Source of the DNA: Chloroflexota bacterium
GTDB lineage: Bacteria > Chloroflexota > Dehalococcoidia > GIF9 > JBFMDU01
Direction of reading: 5' to 3'
Assembly (NCBI GenBank): GCA_040753815.1
Contig: JBFMDU010000005.1
Coordinates: forward strand, 85,350-149,349
DNA length: 64,000 bases
Each line of letters starts with the position of its first letter. Position 1 is the stretch's first letter. The translations under genes were made by a program, and so were the position numbers. The notes below the pieces were generated by a model, which was given only the letters and a program-made list of their open reading frames with translations, did no database searches and was not told where the DNA came from. Shown here one piece after another: positions 57,001 to 64,000 of this stretch.

Positions 57001-59438
57001 TTTGCCCGGTAGTGGTAGGCTGGCCCAGTTGCCAGGCCGGTAAGGCCGGCGCTGAAGGGGCCGGTGGCGGTCCTTGCCTGTGGGGTCGTAGTGCTCCCAT
57101 AGTTTGTGGTTTGCCCGTACTCAAAAGAGACATTGACAGTAGTGGATGAACCGAGCGAAGTCAGGTTGCCATTCAGGGTTGCCGAGGTGGCCGTCACGTC
57201 GGTGGCCGTTACTGTCGCCACGGCCGGCGGTGTCGCCGTTGTAAAGGATATATCAGTACCGTTGGCGATGCCCGCGATGCCGCCATCAGCCTTGGCCCGG
57301 GCATGGTAGCCAGTGCCGTTGGCGAGTCCGGTCACGTCCTGGCTAAAGGTACCGGTAGCGGTCTTGGCCTGCGGCGGCGTCGGCGTGCCGTAGCTGGTAG
57401 TCGTACCGTACTCAAAATAGACATTGACGCTGGTAGCCGAGCCGAGCGATGTCAGGTTGCCGTTCAGGGTTGCCGAGTTAGAAGTTACCGCGCTGGCGGC
57501 GGATGTTTCGACAGTCGGGGCTACAATGGGCACCCCTACCCGGGCGCGCAGGCACACATTCAGGCCGCCGGCATAGCCGCTACCGTCCGTCCACGCACCA
57601 GAGTTACCCGCCCGGACAAATGATACTCCTGTCTGTAGCGTGGGATTACAGTAACCTTCCCAGTAGTGCTCCACCGGTATCGGGTAGTTGTAACCGGGGG
57701 TAGTCATCTTCACCGCTATTGTGAACTGCTGGCCGGCAGTGAAGTTAATGGCAGTGGTCAAGGGAATCGAGTAGTAGCCTGCCTCGGCACAGGTGCCCGA
57801 CTGGGAAGTCAGTTGCGCGCCAAAGGAGCCGTTGTAAACGTAGGCCTGGTACTGGGCGTTGTTGCTGGTGGTCCAGAACTCCACCCGGCTAAGGCCGCAG
57901 GCCGAATCCGCAGTAAAGACGCTGGCCATCCAGCCTGACGTCGGCGTCGCACCACCGAAGCCAAGCGAGTTTACCCACCCCGCCTCGTCCCAGTAGTACA
58001 GCTTGTCGCTAGCACCGGGGGTGATGTAGCCATTACTACCGTGGTACGACCCGACGGAGCTGAGATTGGCCGAGCCGTAGCACAGGTAGAAGTAGCCGCT
58101 GTTGGCCCAGGCCGTGCCCCAGCTGTTCTTGACAATCCAGGCGCCGGTTCCGCCGCCAGCGGGGTGGGCCACAGCATCATCCCAGCCGACGATGGTGACG
58201 GCATGGTTGGTACTCTGCGTGCAGTTGGGCCAGTAGTAGATATTGCCGGTATACAACTTTGAGTTGTCATGACGGTACGAGACCCTCAACGGGCCGTAGG
58301 TGTAAAGAGCGTTCTTGATTTCGGTGGTCTGGCTGGCGGAACTAGCCACGATGCGCAGGTCGGTCACATTAACCACGGTGGTGCAGGTATCGTTGCAGGC
58401 CTGGCTGTTGATAGTACTGGTGTTGTAGGGATTGCATGATTCCAGCCGCGCTCCCTTCTTGATGAGGGTCTCGGTGCTCATGATGATGTTGCCGCCGCCG
58501 TTGCACCGGTTCCCCACCAAGAAGTAGTACGCCGGGTCGGTACAGCAGGCGAGGTTCTGCTCGGAGAAGTCGTAGGTTGTCCCGTCAACGATGGCAATTC
58601 GTGACTCCAGTGAAGCCAGCGCGGCGAAGGTCCAGCAGGTGCCGCACGGGTTCTGGTCTTTGACCGGCGTCACTTTGCTCTGCGTCCTCCAGTCAAAGGT
58701 GTTGGGCAGTGCCTCACGGCGGACCGAGGCCGACGAGGTCGTCACGGGTATCTGCTTGAGGTGATTCAAGTCCATAGGAAGGGGAATATCGCCATACTGC
58801 GGCCCGGCCTGGAGGCGGTCGGCACTGCGTGATTTCTGCCATTCCTCGAACTGGGGGTTCAGCGGGGCGAGCTGGAACTGGCCCTGCGGGTCAGCCGCAG
58901 CAAGCCATGATGGCTTCGGGAGAGGCATGGGGCTGAATGAGGCGGCCAGAACAATGAGCACGGCCATGACGGAGATAGCTGCCCTGGCGATTGACATCAC
59001 CCGCCGCTTCTTTTCACCAGTTAGCGGGATGTTCCCGGGTTGGCGTTTGAGCAGGCAGGCCAGTACCATGCCCAGCATGATGATGTTGAGCGTGAGCGAC
59101 TGCCAGTGGCCGAGAGGGATGGCGTTCCCGAAGCAGCCGCAATCGCTTTGGGTGCCGGCGAGCAGGGCCTGGATGTTAGCGGTGATAAAGGCAAGCACCA
59201 GCACCAGCGCCAGGGCGGCGCCAGCGGCTGGCTGTCTCATCGGGCCGAGGAATAGCGCCAGCCCAACTGCGATTTCAAGCCAGGGCAGGATGGGGACAAG
59301 CGCCCCGGCGGGGGCAGGCAATGCACTGAGGAAAGCGGCAATGGCGTCCGGGGCCTGCTGACCCGACGTCAGCTTAAGTACTCCCGCGGAAAGGAAGAGC
59401 ACCCCGAGGATGTAGCTAAATATCTTTACCATGGACAT
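54036..59438 (-). CDS. Multidomain surface protein: MauE/DoxX - C1A cysteine peptidase - lectin-like - Ig/FN3 repeats - 14 beta-propeller repeats - dockerin
   Basis: DCGCFG (MauE); DQNPCGTCWTF, NHAVTIVGW, WIVKNSWG (papain Gln/Cys/His/Asn); 4x ATLNGNLxSLG; 14x GxWGSSxSxxFAVG; GDTNGNGTVDVFDA (dockerin). Confidence 0.9.
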   Translation of the reverse strand: MSMVKIFSYILGVLFLSAGVLKLTSGQQAPDAIAAFLSALPAPAGALVPILPWLEIAVGLALFLGPMRQPAAGAALALVLVLAFITANIQALLAGTQSDCGCFGNAIPLGHWQSLTLNIIMLGMVLACLLKRQPGNIPLTGEKKRRVMSIARAAISVMAVLIVLAASFSPMPLPKPSWLAAADPQGQFQLAPLNPQFEEWQKSRSADRLQAGPQYGDIPLPMDLNHLKQIPVTTSSASVRREALPNTFDWRTQSKVTPVKDQNPCGTCWTFAALASLESRIAIVDGTTYDFSEQNLACCTDPAYYFLVGNRCNGGGNIIMSTETLIKKGARLESCNPYNTSTINSQACNDTCTTVVNVTDLRIVASSASQTTEIKNALYTYGPLRVSYRHDNSKLYTGNIYYWPNCTQSTNHAVTIVGWDDAVAHPAGGGTGAWIVKNSWGTAWANSGYFYLCYGSANLSSVGSYHGSNGYITPGASDKLYYWDEAGWVNSLGFGGATPTSGWMASVFTADSACGLSRVEFWTTSNNAQYQAYVYNGSFGAQLTSQSGTCAEAGYYSIPLTTAINFTAGQQFTIAVKMTTPGYNYPIPVEHYWEGYCNPTLQTGVSFVRAGNSGAWTDGSGYAGGLNVCLRARVGVPIVAPTVETSAASAVTSNSATLNGNLTSLGSATSVNVYFEYGTTTSYGTPTPPQAKTATGTFSQDVTGLANGTGYHARAKADGGIAGIANGTDISFTTATPPAVATVTATDVTATSATLNGNLTSLGSSTTVNVSFEYGQTTNYGSTTTPQARTATGPFSAGLTGLATGPAYHYRAKAEAGAAGTVYGSDMAFPMSWQWQNPLTQGYGLQAVWGSSSSNVFAVGQHGTIVHYNGTAWSAMTSGTIADLTGVWGSSASDVFAVGSGGTILHYDGTAWSAMTSGTTQNLNGIWGSSSTNVFAVGNGGVILRYNGTSWTTMTSGAIWYDFNSVWGSSASDVFAVGYSGKIYHYDGSVWSAMTSGTESFLYGVWGNSASDVFAVGGAGTILHYNGNTWSVMTSGTGLIYLGVWGSSGSNVYAAGWNANIYRYDGSAWNYAFGGKSYHLNGIWGTSASDIFAVGDGGMIVHYNGTAWSDMATGTANWLKGVWGCSATDVFAVGDSGAILHYNGTAWSAMTGYSYGWTPYGIWGASASNIFATVPSGGAAVILRYNGSSWSYINTGTFGNYYGIWGSSASDIYIAGDSGSILRYNGSAFSAVASSTGNNLYGIWGSSASDIFAVGANGTIIRYNGSSWNAMTSGTNNLLYGVWGSSASDVFAVGAGGTILHYNGTAWSAMTSGVTSILWGVWGSSGSDVFAVGDGGIILHYNGSAWATMSGGSPSNNLMGIWGSSASDVFAVGRWGTILHYAPLALAVTTGSASDIRDITATLNGNLASLGLATTVNVSFEYGTTTAYGITTPSQARTVTGPFSAAITSLSVSTLYHNRARVDGGTAGIAYGDDTSFTTLAAIVAPAVTTLAATNVAVNTATLNGNLTSLGSATSVNVSFGYGISWPLIPTYTALETKTATGAFSANLTGLAGPKRYYFFAKADGGVSGIGYGTTLSFDTYAAGQMVAETALIQGIDAGDIAVVSVKINRIKDPATGNTATIAGGIGAYSATASSAQATGMIGGFSGMEFTGVGEVTPYLNPTFNATTGVFGVSNVASPEQPNNSTVVKLLMKLNGDKDTAYTFTVAFQSITAATGGGNVPEDSAKTVTFRRGDTNGNGTVDVFDAMFIAQYVVGVRPASQINAVNAACVKHDTGNDKLDIFDAMYIAQMVVGVRNNRFE
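55300..56910 (-). repeat. 14 tandem ~39-41-aa coding repeats (two 7-bladed propellers predicted)
   Basis: Consensus LxGVWGSSASDVFAVGxxGTILHYNGTAWSAMTSG. Confidence 0.85.
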
Positions 59439-59578
59439 ATCTCAACGTCCCGAGAATGTCAGAGCTTTCTTTCACAGCTCCAGGTATTCCATATGTAATG
59501 ATGTAATGCGGGCTTCACAACCCGCGTTAGCGTCGCCACCAGTGGTTATGAGAATAATTTCAGCGTCTGGCACCCGCT

Positions 59579-60190
59579 TTATCTCTGTTTGGTCAGGATA
59601 TAGGCCTTAGGGTCGCACTGGTTGGGCAAGTTGGAAGTGAAATGGCCGCTCATCAGGTCGGAGGTGAAGGTGAACTCCCACCGCCAGTTGTCTACCCTGA
59701 AATATAAGCGCGTATCGCCTGCTTGACCATCCCTGATCTGGTCTGGCCCGAAGTTCTGCGCCGGGAATCTGGCGGGAGTCAGGTCCTCATGTTTTATATC
59801 TATCATCGTCAATGTACCCTGGGGGACATTGCCGTTGACTGCGGCTATGTTGAGGGTTGCACGATAGGTGACTTTGGTTACCCGCTGCCCGTTATTCCCA
59901 TCTACTATGTAACTTGTTCCGGTTCCTTGCCACGTCCCCACCAGTTCACGGGACGGTTCCAGAACCAGCGTTGCCCTTGGCGTTGGAGAGGCTGGAACCG
60001 GCGCCGGGGCTTGCGGTGCTGGGGCTTGAGGTGCTGGAATTGGCGCTGGTGCCGGTGCTGGCGCTGGCGACGGTGGTGATGGACGCGGTTCGATCAGGGA
60101 CTGTGGAGGAGCAGGCGAAGAACATGATGTAAATGAAATCGCCAGAACCAGAATAACAGTGAACAGGGTTGCTGCCCTGCTTGGCATCAT
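59579..60190 (-). CDS. Pro/Ala-rich lipoprotein, unknown function
   Basis: Lipobox FTSC, PAPAP linker, beta-rich C-terminus. Confidence 0.75.
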   Translation of the reverse strand: MMPSRAATLFTVILVLAISFTSCSSPAPPQSLIEPRPSPPSPAPAPAPAPIPAPQAPAPQAPAPVPASPTPRATLVLEPSRELVGTWQGTGTSYIVDGNNGQRVTKVTYRATLNIAAVNGNVPQGTLTMIDIKHEDLTPARFPAQNFGPDQIRDGQAGDTRLYFRVDNWRWEFTFTSDLMSGHFTSNLPNQCDPKAYILTKQR

Positions 60191-60453
60191 TTACCCACCT
60201 GCTTTTATCAGGCGCGGGCCTGCATTACGGTTCGTAACGCAACTCTGGCTTCACTCTACTCCGGATTGAAAAGCTTGTCAATCTCAGTCACCACTTTCAG
60301 CTCCATTAGCTACAAACTGATTCTACCCCCCAGATCGCTCGTCAACTGGTTATGGTATACCCACCCCAGGCTCCTCACATCCATAGAACCTGTTAACAGG
60401 GTCCACTCACCACCAGATGCTTCCCTTCGCTCCAGCATGACATGATTTTTACC

Positions 60454-60482
60454 TTGAAACACCCCACCCCTTATGTTATATT
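60454..60482 (+). promoter_or_regulatory. Sigma70 promoter of the tRNA gene
   Basis: TTGAAA-17 nt-TATATT with extended -10 TG. Confidence 0.55.
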
Positions 60483-60518
60483 TCGCGCCGTCAGAAACCC
60501 TCTTTTTCGGCACCGGTT

Positions 60519-60613
60519 GGAGGGATCGCATAGTGGTCTAGTGCGGCCGCCTGCTAAGCGGTTACACGAGGTTAAAACTCGTGTCACGGGTTCGAATCCC
60601 GTTCCCTCCGCCA
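60519..60613 (+). tRNA. tRNA-Ser (GCT)
   Basis: GGAGGGA/TCCCTCC acceptor stem, GCCGC-CTGCTAA-GCGGT anticodon arm, long variable arm, GTTCGAATC T-loop, encoded CCA. Confidence 0.97.
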
Positions 60614-60719
60614 CTTAAAACCCATCTCGCCAGATTCCTCAGGGACAGTGCCCGTTTACCACCCCACCAGATTCTCACGCGCTCCTTTGGATGCGCTCAG
60701 AATAACATAGGCGAGATTC

Positions 60720-61994
60720 TCACGGCCGGCGCCGCTTCAACCAGTCAAGCAGAGGCACAAAGACCTGATCCCTGGCTTTCTCCCCGAGCAAGATGTCAAT
60801 ATGGCCGAATCCCTCCAGGAGATGGTACTCAGTATCCCTTGACCTGACCATCACCGTTCCCATCTCCCGCCACCAGCCGACCATCCCCATGGCATCCTTC
60901 CATTCGCCCGAGGCGAAGGCGATGACCGGTACGTCAATCTGACAGAGTTTCTCATGATAGCTATATTCCGCCCGGGGCGCCTTACCCCTCCAGTTGCCGA
61001 TATAGACATCATCAAGATAATCTGCTATCGGCCAATAGGGGTCGGAGGCCTTAAGGGCGAAGTTCAACAGCATATCTATTGACGCATACCCACCAAGCGG
61101 GTTACTGAATTGTCCCGAACCCCAGAGGTCCTGAAACTGCGAGGCGATGTAATCGCTGACCGTGCTGTATCCCTTGACCGGGCTTGGCGCTTTCGGCCCC
61201 TGCTCGTAGTAGACGCGTATCGCCATGGGAAACTCCGGGGCAAAGTCAGAAATACCGCCAACCTCGTAGTAGCCAGGGCCGGACGTTACCTCCCAGCTCT
61301 TGAACAGAGCGCGGTTGGCCGGCGTATCACCCTCTTTTAACGCCCGGTTGACCTGGTCGATATCAAGCGTGTAGGCCGAGCCATCCGGGCCATCCGTTTC
61401 CCAAGGGGAACCGTCAAGTGGTATCAGGCCGACGACGTCTTCCCGCCACCGCAGAGCACCGTAAAGATAGACATAGCGAGCGCCAGTGCTGTGCCCAGAA
61501 AGAAAGACCTTGCTGAAGCCGCTCTTCTGCTTGGCCAAAGCCACCGCTGCCTCAATGTCGCCGAGGAACACCCGCGTGTTCCATCCCGCCATACTGGACA
61601 AGTCCTTCTCTTCAGCCGGGATAAAGCTGGCCCGGTAATCAAGGCTGTAAATCTCGTAGCCGCGGTTGGCGAGGAATAAACGGAAATCGTGATCCTCGGA
61701 TGATGTATACAGTCGGGCGCTGGTGACCGAGGACGGAATGAAAAAGATAATCCCCAAAGTCGGACCAAGTGAGGTTGACTTCAAGCGCCTGACGCCGACT
61801 TTGTCATACTTCGCTTGGGGAGGCCTTTCGGTTTCCCAGACCGTTTCTAACAGGCCGGGCTGGCCTTCAACCGGTTTGGATGACACCTCGGTCCATGCCG
61901 CCTGCCCACCAGAACCAGCGGATGAAACACAACCGGTTATCACCACGGACGCCAGCATAACCGCAACCGTCAATGCTAGTAAGGCCTTTTTCAT
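60720..61994 (-). CDS. Alpha/beta-hydrolase lipoprotein
   Basis: Lipobox ITGC; GHSTG nucleophile elbow; GFGHIDIL catalytic His. Confidence 0.85.
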   Translation of the reverse strand: MKKALLALTVAVMLASVVITGCVSSAGSGGQAAWTEVSSKPVEGQPGLLETVWETERPPQAKYDKVGVRRLKSTSLGPTLGIIFFIPSSVTSARLYTSSEDHDFRLFLANRGYEIYSLDYRASFIPAEEKDLSSMAGWNTRVFLGDIEAAVALAKQKSGFSKVFLSGHSTGARYVYLYGALRWREDVVGLIPLDGSPWETDGPDGSAYTLDIDQVNRALKEGDTPANRALFKSWEVTSGPGYYEVGGISDFAPEFPMAIRVYYEQGPKAPSPVKGYSTVSDYIASQFQDLWGSGQFSNPLGGYASIDMLLNFALKASDPYWPIADYLDDVYIGNWRGKAPRAEYSYHEKLCQIDVPVIAFASGEWKDAMGMVGWWREMGTVMVRSRDTEYHLLEGFGHIDILLGEKARDQVFVPLLDWLKRRRP

Positions 61995-62136
61995 TCGTAT
62001 CCGCCTTTCAGCTTGAGTTACTCAAGTGCGGCGCTTCAAGAGCCTGCAGCCATTCTCGCATGCCAGCGAACGTCAGTGCAATACGCGTGATTGATGATTC
62101 TGCGTCAGACAAGGCAATCAACTATAATTAGCCGCT

Positions 62137-63396
62137 ATGCCCAAATACCATATCTGGACCATCGGCTGTCAGATGAACAAGGCAGAGACCAGGGAAATCT
62201 CCGACTACCTGGAGATGCTCAACTATACGCCAGCAGTCAAACCCGATGATGCTGACCTGGTAATCCTCAACACCTGCGTCGTCCGCCAGAGCGCCGAGAG
62301 CAAAGTCATCGGCACCCTCGGCTACCTGAAGGGGCTGAAAAGACCCAGCCAGGCCATCATGGTCACCGGCTGTTTCGTCGATTCCGATATACCCGGCCTC
62401 AGGAAGCGCTACCCCCAGGTTGACCTTTTCTTCAGGCCCGGGGAGCTTGATGTCCTGCGGCAGTGGATGGCGGAAAGCGGCGAAAGCGTGATTTCGGAAC
62501 TGCCGCCCACGGCCACCGAAGTCACCGCCTACGTGCCCATCATCCAGGGCTGTAACAACTTCTGCTCCTACTGCATCGTCCCGTTCCGCCGCGGACGGGA
62601 AAAGAGCCGTCCTCCCGATGAAATTATCTACGAAGTCGAGCGGCTGGCACAGCGCGGCATGAGAGAAGTCACTCTGGTCGGCCAGAACGTCGATTCCTAC
62701 GGCCACGACCTGCCCGGCAAGCCAGACCTGGCCGGATTACTCCGAGAATTGAACAGCATCGATGGTCTGTGGCGTATCCGCTTCCTGACCAACCACCCCA
62801 AAGATATGAGCGACCTCCTTATCGACGCTATGGCGGCGCTAGACAAAGTCTGCGAGCAAATCAACCTGCCGGCGCAGGCCGGCGATAACGATATTTTGAA
62901 AGCCATGCGCCGCGGCTATACCATCGAACAGTACCGCGCCCTGGTCGCCCGCACCCGTGAAAAAGTGCCGGGCATCGCCCTAAGTACCGACCTCATCGTT
63001 GGCTTCCCCGGCGAGACCGATGAGCAGTTCCAGCATACCCTTGAGCTGGTGCGCAATGTCCGCTTCGATAACGTCTTCTGCGCCATGTACTCGCCGCGTC
63101 CGGAGACCCTGGCGGCGCGGCAGTATGAGGACAACGTCCCCCGTGACGCCAAAGAAAGCCGCCACAAGGCAATTGAAGACCTTCAGACGCGAATTGCCAC
63201 TGAAATCAACGCCGGTCTGCTTGGCAAGACGGTCGAAGTCCTCGTCGAAAGCAGAAAGTCGGGCAAGTGGTTCGGGCGCACCCGCACTAACAAGCTGGTG
63301 TTCTTCAGTGGCGAAACCAACCATACCGGCAGGCTGGTCAATATCGAAGTCACTCACACCAGCCCGTGGCACCTCAGCGGGCGCGAGACAGGATAA
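62137..63396 (+). CDS. miaB: tRNA-i6A37 methylthiotransferase
   Basis: TIGCQMN, NTCVVRQSAE, GCNNFCSYC, STDLIVGFPGET, C-terminal TRAM domain. Confidence 0.95.
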   Translation: MPKYHIWTIGCQMNKAETREISDYLEMLNYTPAVKPDDADLVILNTCVVRQSAESKVIGTLGYLKGLKRPSQAIMVTGCFVDSDIPGLRKRYPQVDLFFRPGELDVLRQWMAESGESVISELPPTATEVTAYVPIIQGCNNFCSYCIVPFRRGREKSRPPDEIIYEVERLAQRGMREVTLVGQNVDSYGHDLPGKPDLAGLLRELNSIDGLWRIRFLTNHPKDMSDLLIDAMAALDKVCEQINLPAQAGDNDILKAMRRGYTIEQYRALVARTREKVPGIALSTDLIVGFPGETDEQFQHTLELVRNVRFDNVFCAMYSPRPETLAARQYEDNVPRDAKESRHKAIEDLQTRIATEINAGLLGKTVEVLVESRKSGKWFGRTRTNKLVFFSGETNHTGRLVNIEVTHTSPWHLSGRETG

Positions 63397-63526
63397 TGCC
63401 GGACTCGCCCGGCCACCCCATCAGATTCCGCAGGGCCGGCCTGCGGAATGACACAATCGGGATTCGCTCCAGGCAACACCAGCGAAACCCGGGGACTAAT
63501 CCCCGCGTTTTGAGAGGAGGCGTCGT

Positions 63527-64000
63527 ATGAAATCGCGTCTAATTACTGCTGTTGTCATCTCTATTCTGCTATTGTTTGTAGCAGTTGGCTGTGCCTTGAG
63601 CCCCGGCCAGGGACCCGGTACTACTACCGAGAAAGGAGCACCAAAACCGGTGGAAGACCTGCTGAAATTCGTTTTCAACGACCCCCAGTACTCCTTCCAG
63701 GCCATGCGGGCCGCGGCTGTGGCACCGTTCGGCGGAGCCGACATCGGCGAATGCCTTTCAACCAGCTACCTCATCACGGAAGGCGATGATGAAAGCTGGT
63801 ACCGGGAATGGCTGAAGCTGGCCCAGCGGATTGATAAAAAAGGCCAGGACTTCGAAGCCACAAAGGACACCGTCAGCGCGCAGGAGTGCTACTTCCGCGC
63901 TTCTAACTACTACCGAACCGCCGAATTCTTCCTCCATGCCAATCCGCAGGACACGCGTATTCTCCAGACCTGGGGCAAGAGCCGCGAGACCTTTCTCAAG
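63527..64000 (+). CDS. Alpha/beta-hydrolase (FrsA/S9-like) lipoprotein, partial
   Basis: Manual translation MKSRLITAVVISILLLFVAVGC...GGADIGEC...RASNYYRTAEFF; open to the window end. Confidence 0.8.
   Translation, partial: MKSRLITAVVISILLLFVAVGCALSPGQGPGTTTEKGAPKPVEDLLKFVFNDPQYSFQAMRAAAVAPFGGADIGECLSTSYLITEGDDESWYREWLKLAQRIDKKGQDFEATKDTVSAQECYFRASNYYRTAEFFLHANPQDTRILQTWGKSRETFLK

Noticed and set aside
60519-60720. tRNA-anchored genomic island or prophage att site
   Set aside because: No integrase and no duplicated tRNA 3' end seen in the window

Overview
Bacterial chromosomal window, most likely from a Dehalococcoidia-like Chloroflexota anaerobe. This is inferred from the corrinoid-salvage operon, the Ig-repeat and dockerin surface proteins and the style of the intergenic repeats. 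Left arm: a partial multiheme cytochrome c (at least 8 CxxCH) with a NarL-type two-component system, Zn-ribbon/ferredoxin genes, pdxST, an AT-rich MTase + GIY-YIG cassette and housekeeping genes (tmk, mnmA, rnhB, ade, hpt). Two tandem Ig-repeat membrane proteins follow. One is broken by a 37-bp repeat / 36-bp insert / 37-bp repeat. The other has a cytoplasmic tail with three wHTH-like repeats. Next is a cobalamin-riboswitch-controlled cobamide salvage operon. The main accessory region is a ~19 kb nitrite/NO island (34.7-53.9 kb). It holds nirK, a NapH-like polyferredoxin with a GltD-like flavin module inserted into it, a stand-alone CuA protein and three hemerythrins. It also holds two Crp/Fnr regulators with two different palindromic boxes, a gNOR-type heme-copper NO reductase (His->Asp, CuA-less subunit II), a second cryptic HCO-fold membrane protein, a NirV-like protein and ctaB. 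Right arm: an 1800-aa MauE-C1A protease-propeller-dockerin protein, tRNA-Ser(GCT), hydrolase lipoproteins and miaB. All assignments come from motifs read by eye; no database searches were run.
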